A stretch of DNA of 62,494 nt, counting the filler, from Globobulimina sp. (Eukaryota), in the NCBI GenBank assembly GCA_003354225.1. It is 21 parts of 21 records of this genome, joined end to end, with 100 filler letters (N's around TTAATTAATTAA, not from the genome) between each part and the next. Parts side by side here need not be neighbours in the genome. Positions count along the whole stretch, not along the records: positions 23,863 to 26,743 come from PIVH01004510.1; positions 26,844 to 29,723 come from PIVH01004511.1; positions 29,824 to 32,703 come from PIVH01004512.1; positions 32,804 to 35,683 come from PIVH01004513.1; positions 35,784 to 38,663 come from PIVH01004514.1; 16 more parts are not named here. One strand, 5' to 3'. How positions within the stretch are numbered: position 1 is the first letter of the stretch; every line of letters starts with the position of its first letter. The notes beneath the pieces were generated by a model. That model saw only the letters and a program-made list of their open reading frames with translations. It was not told the DNA's origin and searched no databases. Shown here in pieces: positions 24,428 to 37,454 of this stretch. Position numbers and translations under genes: made by a program.

Positions 24428-26743
24428 ATGCCCAAACGAAGAAAGGCAACACCACGTCAAGTTGCATTAAGTTATGTTTGTATTGTCGTCACATTACAAA
24501 TGAATAAAAACACGCTCTTAAAATTGTTATAGAGAAACGGCAACGTGGATTAAAAAAGAGACAACAACATTTGAATCCATTCAACAGAATAACAACGAAA
24601 AATTTACATAATTCGGTCTTAGGACAAAGAGTGAAAGGAAATGTCAAATATCCGACCCATTCAATATCGCGTTCAATTGAAAAACGAAAAGAAACATTAT
24701 TGGCAGAATACACTGCCATTGAAACAAACCAACGCAATACATTTATTGACCGACGATATGAAAAAACGTTGGAAAATAAATTATCCAAACTAAGAAACAA
24801 AAAAATGCATAGAGATAAAAAAAAAATTGAACAAATAATGAGAAAATTAACCTCTCAGAGATTGAAATCAAATAAGAAAGTATCATTTAATTTGGATGAC
24901 ACCGACACCAATACAAGGAATGATATGCAATTAACCCATTTAGGAACTCCTATCAATGAGTATAAAATTATGGATAATTATGAATATGATGATGATGACG
25001 ATGACAATAAATATTTATACAAAGGATTTAATAAGAAAAACATTTATAACATGATCAAACACAAACAAATGACATTTGAACAGATAGCAGATGCCGCCGG
25101 AATCTCCCTTAACAAACATGCCAATACCACCAAACCACAAATTATCAAACAAACCATACTACGCAGTCGATTTAAAAAATGTAAGCAACAGATTGCAAAG
25201 GAAGGACTGATGGATGAAACAGATATTGTCGATGATAAATTTAAACATAGCAAAGAGTGGTTATTTGCTAATCGATCAAATAAAAATAACAAAAATAATA
25301 TCAATAACGAGAATAATAACAATAGAAACATAAAACGTGAAATAAAACAGAAAAAAGCAGACCTTGAATATCAACAAAAATTGATTGAGTTTGAAACTGA
25401 TCAAAGGTCCGGAGTTACCGACAAAATGGTGACCGACGCACAAAAAGCACAAAGGAACTATGAATTGTTAACTATTTTGGAACAAAAAAGGCAAAGGAAA
25501 ATGTTGGCTGACTCATCAGATTCAGATATGTCACACTCTGACAATAAGAATGACAATGATAATGAGAATGGAAACGATAACCATAATGATAACGAGGAGC
25601 TCAGTGATGATGATGATGGTAATGACACAAATTGGACAAAGATATTGGACGAAATTGCTGCACAGGAAGAGGATGAGGAAAGTGATGATGATATGTCTAT
25701 AAACAATGATAATGATAATGATGGAGTTGATGATGATGAGCATGGATATTATGCAGATATTGACACACGATTTTTAGCAAAGAATAAGGATGTTGGCTTT
25801 GATCACTTTGAGGAGGATGCAATAATTGGTGGAGAGCCAGCGGGCGAGGGAGAAGATAATATATTTGATATTGTGAGAGAGAAAGAGATCGCGAGGGAGG
25901 ATAAAGAGAGAAAAGACAAATTGAATAAGAAGTTATCGATAACCAAAGATTTCGATTGGAATGTATTGGAGTTAAATAAATTGGAAAATAATTTAATTGG
26001 AAAAAAATTGGAAAATATATCATTTACCTTGGATATACCCGCAAATATTGAGGAATTTGAAGAGTTGATGTCAAATAAGACAGCATCGCAACAAATTACA
26101 TTATTGAAACGTATGCGGTCTACAAATCATGTCAAATTACATCAAGATAATATATTTAAAATACAAAGATTATATGATATGTTGTTAGATTATTTTCGAC
26201 AAAAATGTATAAATTATACACCATCAAAAACGGAGGTATTAAGCAACGACATTGCGTTTTATAAACATATTGATGTTATTACCCGTGCATTGTTTGCATT
26301 GTCACACGACGTCCCGGAGTATGCGTATTGTACTCATGTCAAAAAATTAGAAACAATATCCACACATATTCACAATAATTATAATTTGAAACACAATAAA
26401 CAATATATTATGGATGAGGATGAGAAAGAGAATGATGACGATGTGTCATATATGCCCAGTGGCTATGCATTATTTTATTTAAAATTAGTTTCAAATATAT
26501 TCCCCAAAGGAAACAAATCAAATCCTTTAATATCCTCATTATTATTAATTTTGTGCAAATGTATCACAAACATTCGCATAAATGGAGCCAGAGATATTTT
26601 ATGTTATTTATTTTGTATAACATTAATTTTAGAGACAATCAAAAAAGAAATGCGTTATGTTCCAGAAGTTATCCATTCATTACACAATTTATTAACAGCG
26701 GGCTTTTTATCAAATAACAATTTCAAACTCAAACAAAATTCAT
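24428..26743 (+). CDS. NOP14: Nucleolar protein Nop14 (3'-truncated); intron 24471-24532
   Basis: NPF, SRSIEKRKETLL.EY, N.FIDRR, FNLDD, LTHLG and RYVPEVI; exon 1 MPKRRKATPRQVAL splices in frame. Confidence 0.8.
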
Positions 26744-27038
26744 NNNNNNNNNNNNNNNNNNNNNNNNNNNNNNNNNNNNNNNNNNNNTTAATTAATTAAN
26801 NNNNNNNNNNNNNNNNNNNNNNNNNNNNNNNNNNNNNNNNNNNCCCCTCCCGCCGAGCCGGAGGACCCACCATATATGTACAGTATGTACATACATACAT
26901 ATACATATGATATGTATGTACTGTACAGTATGTCAGCAAGTTGATTTAAAATGGATCATTTTATAATTAGCGAAATATCGTACGCGGGTGCATTTTTTGC
27001 ATATTTAAAGAATTTATTGTATTGTGTACTGTATGTGG

Positions 27039-29620
27039 TCATGTGAAAAAAAGCAAAATCATTTTGCTGCTAGTGCTAATTGTCCAGTACATAATACAAA
27101 AAATACTAATCTGCGCGACATGCACTCTCGTGACCCGTGCAAATTTCAAAAATGTAAAAATACTTTCTAAAACAGAATAACAATTAACAATAACATCACT
27201 ATCACTTACTCTTTTAACGTGGAATTCATCAGTGTAAAGTATAACACCAGGTGGAAGTTTAGGCTCTCCGTTCTGATCATAGCCAATATCATCCATATCT
27301 TCCTCTATAATCTCGACCTCTTTTTCTTCGCTTTCACTGTCATCCCCCTCACTGTTCTCACTCTGTGCTAATTTGTTTACTCCCTCTGGAAACACTACAT
27401 AATTCTGCATAATATCCCGCCATTTGGCATCATTTGCTTTCAGTGTTTCCAACGCCAATCTCGTACAGTATCTACATTGGAATTTTTCAGAACCGGTCAA
27501 TAATTCTGCGTCGGTGAAGGCTGCCAAACAATCCAATAAATTCACCTCTCCCTTCAGCCGATCCATGCCACGCACACTGGGCAATACAGGCGGGACATAC
27601 TTCTCTTTCTTCTCCTCCTTTGCCTCACTAGTGTTCACTGCTGATTTTGTGGCTGGATCACTGGGAGTATCACTCACAGTTTTTGCTGGCGAGGACGTCG
27701 TAGATGCAGTGGCAGTCACTGTCACTGTTACTGTCGAGGCAGTACTTGAGGTTTTTTGCGGTGTTTGTTTGTCTGTGTTCTGATCATTGTCATTAGAATC
27801 AGTGCCTTTGTTTGCATCCGCTAACTCAATGCTTTCCTCACTCTCTCCCTTATTAACATTTTTATTTCCTTTTTTTTTATTTTTTTTCTGGTTTTGCTTG
27901 TTTTTCTTAGGCTGCGCAGCTCTTTTCTGTTGTCTTTTTTTTTTCTTTCGTTTTTTGGATTTCTTCCCCGCAGTATGCCACACATTGCCTGTGTTATAGC
28001 TGTACCTTCCGTATGTACTCACTTTAGGGCTGGAAATCGGCAGTGATAAATCAAAAAATTCCTCAGTGGTTCTCGAGACATTACCGCAGCCATAACAGGT
28101 CACACAACTTTGTATATCGCCACCAAACACATCATCTATGATCGTATTCATTTTATTTATTGGTTTGTTTTCGATGTCATGCACTTTACTATCTGTATCC
28201 GGTCTTTTTGTGTCGTCGCAATGTTTCTTGATCGGATATCCATGTTTCGTACAATAAATGTCACACTCTTCGTGTTGTAAGAATATCCGCCCTCTTTTAA
28301 ACTTATTAATCACCAAACAATCTGCGTCGTTTTTATCATTTAAACCGATTTTCTTCCAAAACTGTGAATCTTTCCCAGGGTTTTTAATAAATTCTATCCA
28401 ATCTTCAGCGTCGATATCTAACTCAGTGTCAATACCATAGCATTTACACCAAGTTACAACATCGCATTTTTCCCATAATGATAGGTTTCGGCCCATTCTA
28501 TGTCTTCGGTCTTTTTTCAACATTTTTTCATTTTGATCCCGCATTCCCTCCACCAACACCCGCATTAATTCGTGACTATCCTGCTGCCGACGACCAGCAA
28601 ATCTGCGGTTTCTGTGTCAAAAAAAATGCGTTTCTGATAAAAAAAAAGTGTTTTTGTGAGGACCATACCTTGCAATGACAGCATTTAATAAACCAGAGGG
28701 TGTGACTGACCCTTTCTGTTTACCCACAGTGGAATATACACTGTTGATGACATGATGGAATTCGGTCAATAAGCGGCCTCTTAACTTCTTATCCATAGCC
28801 GCCTGTTGTTGTTGTTTTTTGCTATAATTATTCCTTCGCGCACGGGCATTATTTTTATGTTTGCCATGTGGCGATTTATCCAGTTGTCTTTGTGCATCTT
28901 TCTTGTCTTTGGCCACAATCCTCTCCGCGTGGTGTGAAATGAGTGCTGATGTATTGGTATCGGTTAACGCGCGAATAAGTGGTCGCGTTTCTGCTAAATT
29001 TTGCAGGATTGAATTAAAAAAACATGTATTTCCGAGATTGCATAATCCAAAAATTCCGATATATCCATTATCTCTGTCATTGGGCATTTTTGTGGTGAAG
29101 TCCGTGTCCAATTTGTCCCATTCTTCCATACTTTTGGCATTGGCATTGTTCCTCTGTTGTACGTGTGGTTGCTGATTATATTGATTTTTATACTGCGAAT
29201 ATCGATCTTTTTTTCTCTTTTTAGTTTTATTCACATTTGGTGACATTATCATCGCTGAATTGTTGTTATGATTGTATGCATCATCCTGTTTCTTATAATT
29301 TTGCTTTCTTTTCTGTGTCTATGTAGTTATTAATGTCATTACATCCTTGCACAGAAACAGAATGTGTCAATGTGCACATACCAATCTCTTATATCCTCGG
29401 GTCAAACACCCATAGATTTCATATTTTATTTTTTTTATTTTTGGTGAGTTGTGCTGATTCGTTTCATGTAAGAAAACATCGCATTTATAGCACCAAATCT
29501 GTAGCATTTCTAAAACTGTTTCTTTTTTGTTATTGGAGAAGTCTTCGAATGTTGGTATCATCATACAAACGTTGTGTTTGTTGTTTTGTAGCCAATGGTT
29601 CATTGCATGCGCATGCGTAG
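27039..29620 (-). CDS. Ubiquitin-specific protease, USP16/45-like, multi-exon; both ends uncertain
   Basis: IWCYKCD (ZnF-UBP), GLCNLGNTCFFNS, QQDSHEL after splicing, FGG.IQS.VTC..C..VS.T.E.F.DLSLPI. Confidence 0.85.
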
Positions 29621-30075
29621 AGGTTCGCGAACAGTTTAATTTATTACAAGTTAAACAAAAAACTAATCGATCATCGGGCTCCGAGTCATGACATTTATTG
29701 CAATTTACAGTTTTAAAATGTTTNNNNNNNNNNNNNNNNNNNNNNNNNNNNNNNNNNNNNNNNNNNNTTAATTAATTAANNNNNNNNNNNNNNNNNNNNN
29801 NNNNNNNNNNNNNNNNNNNNNNNCAGTTTTTTACAGATTATTCAAAATAAAAACATTGAAAGTCAAAATTGAATTCTTAAAGGTTGTGTTTCATCGGGAA
29901 CCATTAACATTTTATTATTAACCTATTTTCCTTCCCATTTTTTCTAGCGTTTTTTTCATTCATTTAAATTTCATTTTTTTTGGTCAATGTGCAGCTGTCA
30001 CACATTAAATTATTTTACAATGCAAATTCGCACTATCATTCACCGCATTTTATTTACCCACAATCAGTCAATTCA

Positions 30076-31059
30076 ATGTTAACCAAATGTATTATTATTA
30101 TGATTTTGAACATTCTATCAATGAATTCCTGCAGTAACAAGAGCCGAGTAATTGGTTCAAATGATGTATTAAGTCACATCTATCAATGGCTAACATCCGA
30201 TGAATTAGTAGACAAATATTTAAATCCTGAAAACATTCGTTTTATGAAAGTGGCAGAGTCTGAACTGAAACAAAGATATTTAGGAACTGCAAATAATACA
30301 ATACACTCAGACGATTATGGAAGATTAATAAATGCATTTATGAGCCAAGAAAAACAAAATGAAACAATTGCACGCACCGCAAAAAGATTAAGTTTTGATC
30401 ACAATTTCAAACAAAAAATCAAAACAAAATATTCAAACATGATCAGTTCAATGATTAAGAGAGAAATAATAGAAACTGACTGGGGCTCTAAGTATTTAAT
30501 ATTAAACAATAAAACGTATTTAAATCAAGAGGTGTTGCAATATTTGGAAATTGCTGACAATGCATTTGAAATCCCAGCATTTTTTTGGGTTGATTTAGAA
30601 GATAATAATTTAGATTCATTACAAAAGTTTTTATTTGATGATGGTATTGAAGATTTATCCATTGCTAATAATAAGTTTACACGTTTAGATCAGGAAACAT
30701 TTGGTCTGCCATTCGCTTTGAAGAATGTTGTTATTTCTAACAATCCAATCCAAGGAGTTATTGATTTCAAGGCATGCAATGCTACTCTTACAATGACAGA
30801 GGCCTTTTATATGAAAGGATGTAAATATGTAACAAGACTGGTAAACATACCCAAAACATTACAAAATCTCATCATTTTCAATTCAGGGATTACATCGCCA
30901 AATCAATTAGAATTTGAGAATGGAATGGGATTAAAATGTGTTACAATGAATCGTAACCAATCAAAACTGTGGGAAACGTTTTTCCGTGAAAATGGCAGAG
31001 AAGTACGTGTTACACAATGTGTCGGAATATTAACGTGTTACACAATGACTGTTGTTTAA
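30076..31059 (+). CDS. Putative secreted protein with leucine-rich repeats
   Basis: Hydrophobic N-terminus; LRR-like units VDLEDNNL, LSIANNKF, VVISNNPI. Confidence 0.55.
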   Translation: MLTKCIIIMILNILSMNSCSNKSRVIGSNDVLSHIYQWLTSDELVDKYLNPENIRFMKVAESELKQRYLGTANNTIHSDDYGRLINAFMSQEKQNETIARTAKRLSFDHNFKQKIKTKYSNMISSMIKREIIETDWGSKYLILNNKTYLNQEVLQYLEIADNAFEIPAFFWVDLEDNNLDSLQKFLFDDGIEDLSIANNKFTRLDQETFGLPFALKNVVISNNPIQGVIDFKACNATLTMTEAFYMKGCKYVTRLVNIPKTLQNLIIFNSGITSPNQLEFENGMGLKCVTMNRNQSKLWETFFRENGREVRVTQCVGILTCYTMTVV

Positions 31060-31301
31060 ACTTTAAATTGATAACTAATTGTTGCAATTGCTCCAAATAT
31101 CGACCATAATACTATATGATTAAAGTGAGGAGCTAAAATGAAATGCAAAAAATCAAATAACAAACAATATGATACAAATATATAATGATAATTGATAATT
31201 TTGCTAGTGATAAAAATAAAAAACATTGCAGCTTACACAGGAAAAGAAATACTGTATCACACATTACGAGTTGCTTAGCAGTAATACTGTATCACACATT
31301 G

Positions 31302-32703
31302 TTAGAGCTCACTGTGACCATCACTTTTAATTCTTTTTGGCCATTCATATTTTGCAATCCATTGACCTTCTGACTCACTGTAACCATCATACAATACATA
31401 CACTCTATGTTCTTCCACAGTTTCTATTGTGGCATTACACCATTTATATACGTTATATCTTGTATCGATACATTTTATTTTCTGACCACTTTCAAATTGA
31501 TGAGATCGGAATTGGTTTTGATTACCATACAACTTCTTCAATGCATTCTCAATTATATTCATTCGAACATGAAGCAATGCCGCATATATTTTCTTTGCTG
31601 ATATTTCTTTAATTTCAAATGAATCAATAACGTCCGACATATCATCCATTGAATTAAAATCCTGGCCAGTTATCTCCTGCTCCGATATGGCTTTAACCAC
31701 TTTTCTTTCAATCGATTTACTTAAATTTAAACTGCAAATCCATTCTTGCAATTCTTTACAGCTCCATTTATTTATACGTTTACTTTGCCACACAAACACA
31801 ATTTTAGTTTGTTTTGATTTGGCCACAGTCGACGATGGTGGAACTGGTGATACATCATTGTCATTATCATTATAATTTACCTGTTTTTGTTTAACTTTTT
31901 TGAATTCTCGAAACACTCTGCTTGCTAACATTGGTTGTTTTATATTTAATGCTTTTCCAAACTCTTTAAAATTTTTAACAACAAACCAATCCGTTCCAGT
32001 ACACCCTGTCGAGCTGATAATTTCTGTCATTATGTCTTGCCATTTCACCTCCAAACCAATGGTTTCTATCCAATCTAATAAATCTTTATTTGTCCAATGT
32101 TTTATATTTTTGTTTCCTTTCACAGCTTTATGTTGAGAGGGTGCGTTTGCTGCTTGTTTTGCAATGGATGGTCGATTCTGACATTTTTCACTGTCTGCAA
32201 CACATTGAGCAGTTTGTGATTTCTGTCGATTCAATAATACGGTTAATTCTTCCCACATTTTTTTACAAAATAATTCACTAACTCCACTACAAAATGAGCT
32301 ATAAAGAGGACCATCATTTTGTTTTGAAAGCAATAATGTTCCATTGATTTGGTTTGCAACAACTGTGTTTTTCATTGCTTTTTTGTCTCTCTGTATACTC
32401 CCTTGGCGCTGTGGGTTATTGCTTATGATCAGAGTATCAATCCAATCTCCAACATCGTCAATACTCCAATCAGCAATGATTTTGTTCACAAACGGTGGTA
32501 TATAGTCATCATTGGATTGTGGTACGATTGGATTTGCACCATACGGTTGTTTAGTGTCTGGATCTCGAATTCTTTTCTCAATCTGATGACTATGAAACCA
32601 TTTATCAAAAGACTCACGGGCCCATTTCTCATTTAACCAGCCAATTTTGACCATTTTGTTCCTTTTATTAACGTCTTTAATGATTGCGGCATACCAATCC
32701 AAT
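31302..32703 (-). CDS. Protein with three SAM-like domains flanked by Tudor/MBT-like domains (5'-truncated)
   Basis: WSIDDVGDWI, WTNKDLLDWI, WSCKELQEWI..ITGQDF; KWCNATIE..VYVLYDGYSE...WI. Confidence 0.7.
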
Positions 32704-32803
32704 NNNNNNNNNNNNNNNNNNNNNNNNNNNNNNNNNNNNNNNNNNNNTTAATTAATTAANNNNNNNNNNNNNNNNNNNNNNNNNNNNNNNNNNNNNNNNN
32801 NNN

Positions 32804-34120
32804 ATCAAACCTTTCAATCTTGTCAATCTTTTTATGATCTTATCAAACATGTAAAATTCAGATCGTCTCAAACTTTTTCCATTGTAATATTGTGTGTTTG
32901 AGTTTGTGTTTGAGTTTTTTTCAAAGTGACAGGATTAAATCATGCCAAAGTCAAAGGCAAAGCGAAAGAAGATAGCAACTTACATTGTTATCCACAGATT
33001 ATGGTGCAAAGGCGATGATGATGGGACATTGATGAATTTAAAAAAAGCATGCAAGGAATTAAATAATGGAGAAGTACCCGATAACATGATAACAACTAAA
33101 GGATGGTTAAAGGGTTATATCTATGGACACGAAGCCAACATTCCGGGCAACAAAACAGGATTATCTATCATTGATATTATTGATTCAGTGGCGAGAAATT
33201 CTGTGTCGACTCATCCTACGATCCCTCCGCCAGTAATACCTCCAGCAGCTGTTATAAATGATATTGGTGATGCAGCAAAAGCAAAAGTGAATGGAGCAAA
33301 GGAAAATGTTATTGGTTGGAGCAGTATAAATGTTGATTGTGGTTTCGAATTAATAAAACCATGTAATTTTGCAGCAATTGAAGAGGAGGAATATGATTTG
33401 GAATCAGTGCGTAAAATGATAAAAAATATAAAAATGCATGAAATATTAAAATCCGCGCCATTCTCTATGAAAGGAGGTGCGTTGATGAGGGCATGCTTGA
33501 AAATGGATATTGTTGAGGAGAAAGCGGTGGAGATAGTGGTTTATAAACAACAGTGGACAGACGATTCAGTCAAATCATATTTAGTATTTTGCACAATTTC
33601 TCTCCTTTTCATTTGTACCGTATGGCAGCATTGCGCAACAAGGAAGAGTTGGATTATTAACATGGATTATTAATTTATTACGTTCAGTGCATGGACAATT
33701 AATATTTGTTACTGGTGGTGAAGAAAAAAGAGGCAATCTATTAAGTTATGTCGAAAATATTAAAGTTATTAAGAGATCGCAGTTTTCGGTGTATGTCGGA
33801 AGCAAAACGGATTTAAAGATATTATTCGGTGTTCAAACGGACACAGAATATAAAAAGAATAAAGTCGAGATGATGACGTTAAAGGAAGCAAGTGGACAAA
33901 TGGATCAATTGGAAAGATGTATTTTATGTATGATAGATTTAGGCGTAAATTAAAGTTGTAAATTAATAAAAACTTTCTTTAGTTTTAGTTTTAGTCATTG
34001 AAAAGTCATTGAAAAGTTTGAAAGGATCTGAGTTTGATTGGTTTGAAAGGATCTATGTAAAGATTGAAAAGATTGAAAGGTTTGATAACCAGATCTTTTC
34101 AAACCTGCAGAACCATCCCT
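32804..34120. mobile_element. Putative inverted-repeat-bounded DNA element carrying an unknown gene
   Basis: 32804-32831 is the reverse complement of 34059-34086 (27/28 match); clustered (G)TTTGAAAGGAT repeats and a hairpin at 34040-34105. Confidence 0.55.
32942..33953 (+). CDS. Hypothetical protein inside the element; +1 frameshift at TTTT 33587-33590
   Basis: Removing one T gives SYLVFAQFLSFSFVPYGSIAQQGRVGLLTW..., in frame with ORF 33687-33953. Confidence 0.5.
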
Positions 34121-35324
34121 TTTTTGTCTCTTCTTTTTCCTCCTTTTTTATTTTGTTATTATTATTTGATAAAATTAATTTTGTATTTTCAAATCCTAAA
34201 TGAATTGAAACTATTTGTTCCTTAAACTTGTTTTTGATGAAATTATTAATCGATATCGGCACATCTCTACTTCCAACGTATGACGATATTATACATCGGT
34301 TACAATAATTATACCCAAACATAAAAATAATTTTATTTGTAGTAATCACTGCGGAATGCTTCGAACCACACATTATTGTTTGAATATTATTATTTGCAAA
34401 TGATTTTATTTGTGTTGGTGCTAAACAATTGTTTGTAAATGCAATTCCTTGGCCACATTCACCTTCTTCGTTAGCACCAAATGCAAATACTTTGCCACAT
34501 TTTAATAATACCAATGAATGACGAGAACCACAACAAACATCAACAGCAATAATATGTCTTTGTTGAAAGAATGGAATTTGTGTTGGCTTAATGTGTTCAT
34601 TCTCATCTTGTTTATTTAAACCTAATTGGCCCTTAGAATTACCACCAAATGAATAAACATTGCCATTCATATCGCAACATAATGTATGACATTTTCCAGT
34701 TGCAATCCGTGAAATATTTTTGAAGGTTTTAATATGTGTCCATGTTTTTGATCCATTTCTATTAAATGTTTCTTGTGCATTTCCACCATTCCAACTATAA
34801 TCTGTGGAATAAACACTTCCATTTCCTGATAAAATGACGGAATAAAAACCAGCACATTGTATTTGTTTAATGTCCCCACCTTTCCATTGACTTTGACATA
34901 TTTTATATTGATTTTCATCACTGCCATGTTTGCCAATTCCAAGTTGGAATTCCTCATTTCGTCCAAATGCATAAATATTATTATCATTTGTCACTATGAA
35001 GGCATGCCATGAATTATCAACAGGATTAGAGAATATTTTCGATATGTTCAACTGATTCAATCCATTCATAATTGATAATCTCTCCATTTTATCTCCTTTA
35101 CTTTTCTCCTGTAAACAACTGCCATATTTGTTATGTCCAGCGGCATAAAACCTATCTTTATCATCTCTGTAAAGTGTAAATTCATAACCATTGTATATTT
35201 GAGTTACATTAATCTGAGTACTCCATTTTAATGGAGTCAATTCTTTTAATTTGTATGAATTACCCACACCGAATTCACCAAAGCCATTACCACCAACAGC
35301 ATATACCACATTAGCTTTGGTCAT
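34053..35324 (-). CDS. RCC1/BLIP-II repeat protein
   Basis: Repeats FGRNEEFQLG, IATGKCHT..VYSFGGNSKGQLG, CCGSRHS..FGANEEGECG. Confidence 0.9.
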   Translation of the reverse strand: MTKANVVYAVGGNGFGEFGVGNSYKLKELTPLKWSTQINVTQIYNGYEFTLYRDDKDRFYAAGHNKYGSCLQEKSKGDKMERLSIMNGLNQLNISKIFSNPVDNSWHAFIVTNDNNIYAFGRNEEFQLGIGKHGSDENQYKICQSQWKGGDIKQIQCAGFYSVILSGNGSVYSTDYSWNGGNAQETFNRNGSKTWTHIKTFKNISRIATGKCHTLCCDMNGNVYSFGGNSKGQLGLNKQDENEHIKPTQIPFFQQRHIIAVDVCCGSRHSLVLLKCGKVFAFGANEEGECGQGIAFTNNCLAPTQIKSFANNNIQTIMCGSKHSAVITTNKIIFMFGYNYCNRCIISSYVGSRDVPISINNFIKNKFKEQIVSIHLGFENTKLILSNNNNKIKKEEKEETKKGWFCRFEKIWLSNLSIFSIFT

Positions 35325-36004
35325 CGGGCTTGATGTCAGATTGTGAGAGACTGCTGCGAGAGAGACGACGATGGTATGCTACGAAAAGAAGCTTTTGAGT
35401 GAGTAAAGTGAACAACATTTATATTTATATACTAGTATTTAGATCTTGTTAATATTTTCATGTCTTAAATGTTTGCAGCGCTATCTCTTGGATTTTAGTC
35501 TCAATTTCTGTTTGAATTTGTTTATTTAATAAATTCCATTCTGGCACAATATCGCTCTTAATATAGAACCAAACTACAGACCCTTTAATATCCACAAAAT
35601 CATCTTTTATGGCATCTTCATCTTCAAATTGTTGGACAGTCAGCTTATATTCAAATAATTTTGCAATTTTATTACCAATATTANNNNNNNNNNNNNNNNN
35701 NNNNNNNNNNNNNNNNNNNNNNNNNNNTTAATTAATTAANNNNNNNNNNNNNNNNNNNNNNNNNNNNNNNNNNNNNNNNNNNNCATTTTATGTTGTTTTG
35801 TGTTTACTTTTTTTTTGTTTGTTCTTACATATATATTGCACTCACGTTGCGTTGTACGTATTTGTTAGTACTGCGTTTTTTTAATGACGTTGGTGTGTTC
35901 TTGTACACGAATACAAAGTTTTTCTTAATCTGAATTATTTCTTAGTATTTTGAAGACGATTGCCCTATTCACTTTATTCAGATAGATAACCATAACCCCA
36001 ATGC

Positions 36005-36154
36005 CTTTTTAGGTTCACACTTCTTTTGTGATTGACTAAGTTTTTTAAAGCTTTTTGCGGCTACATTTAGGGGCAGCCCGATCGTGCCCCTACAAAAACT
36101 TTAAAAAACTTAGTCAATCACAAAAGAAGTGTTTTGAAGTGTGAACCTAAAAAG
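36005..36154. repeat. 150-bp near-perfect palindrome (MITE-like or hairpin-forming)
   Basis: 33-bp perfect arms at 36018-36050/36099-36131, 19-bp arms at 36005-36023/36136-36154, core TAGGGGCA-9nt-TGCCCCTA. Confidence 0.9.
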
Positions 36155-36318
36155 TCAACTGTATACCGAATATTTCTCTTACGTTTATGGTATACAAACC
36201 ATAAGCTTTGTTTTTAACGTATGTTTGAAAAATATTGGATTAAGAAGAGTCAGATCGAGGTTGCAACGTTGAATAATCTCAAAAATGCTTTAGGAAGCAT
36301 ACACTATGACGAACAACA

Positions 36319-37122
36319 TTAATTAAAACACATATTTGTATTAACAAGGCACCAGCATATTGTATCACCATGTTTTAACCGATATTTTGTACACAATTTA
36401 CATTTATCATTCAATCGCTGACCATTCCACATGAAACAACATTGTGTGTATGTCCTTGTGTCATAACAATATTGTGTTATAAAGGTGTTTACAGCTTTAC
36501 GTAGCTGTTTGGTTTTAGTTGAACGGCCTATAGTTACCGTGAAATACCTGTTGGGTGTATTCATATCTTTTAATACAATTTGTTTCAATTGTTTAGCAGT
36601 CCACCACCATATCAATGTATCACCTGAACACATTCCATGGCGAACCAAGCTCTCTTTGCAAGTCATCTTTGATAACAGTTTGTCTTTGTACATGAGCTTG
36701 ATAGCCTTGATACCGGTGCAACTGAGTACAAATTGATTCTCTTTAATTATGCTTTTGATGTCTTTAATAGTTGTGTCCCTATGGCAGTATACAGAGAATG
36801 ATGCTGTTGAGTTTAACATCTGTATTCTAATTACTATCGCATCTGGAGATTGGAGATCAGGGCAATTTGCACAGATTATTTCCATTTTTTTATACATTGA
36901 GTTGTCATTTTGATGATACATCGTGCAGTTGCTTGGGAAATATTGTTTTTTTGATGTGTTGCATTTTGCTTTGATTTGTTGTGTGATGTGATGTGGTTTG
37001 GAATCACGGAGCTCACTAATTCTCATCACTTGTTTTGGAATAACTTCATCGAGTACACTTGAGATTAATTGATCCATTTCTGAGTCTGTCATTGTCAATG
37101 ATAGTGCATCAGCCATGGCCAA
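36319..37122 (-). CDS. Protein with two ubiquitin-like domains
   Basis: TTIKDIKSII..KLMYKDKLL..L..HGMCSGDTL and FMWNGQRLND..YRLKHGDTI. Confidence 0.65.
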   Translation of the reverse strand: MAMADALSLTMTDSEMDQLISSVLDEVIPKQVMRISELRDSKPHHITQQIKAKCNTSKKQYFPSNCTMYHQNDNSMYKKMEIICANCPDLQSPDAIVIRIQMLNSTASFSVYCHRDTTIKDIKSIIKENQFVLSCTGIKAIKLMYKDKLLSKMTCKESLVRHGMCSGDTLIWWWTAKQLKQIVLKDMNTPNRYFTVTIGRSTKTKQLRKAVNTFITQYCYDTRTYTQCCFMWNGQRLNDKCKLCTKYRLKHGDTICWCLVNTNMCFN

Positions 37123-37454
37123 GTTAACAAGAGTTCTTTAATAAATTACTGTTGTACTTCTATTTAAAGACTCATAATTGTATATTTATATACTTTCATA
37201 ATTGGTGTCAGGCGTTAAGAACTTTTAAAACTATCATTCTTTCATTACAGTTATGTTTGTTTTCTCGTTTCAACTGTTTTTGTGATATTATTACAAATTT
37301 GCTGTACTTTGCTCATTGTATCTTGGATTTGTTTCAATTTCATATTTTTTTAATCCATTCTCCATTTTATTTAATGTTAATATATTGCTTTTTAATTCAT
37401 TCATTACACAGTCTTCTTCTTCAGCAATTACAATATAACCACCTTTTCTGTGTG

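Noticed and set aside
26871-26932. TACA/TGTA-rich imperfect palindrome
   Set aside because: Low-complexity sequence at a contig edge with no supporting structure.
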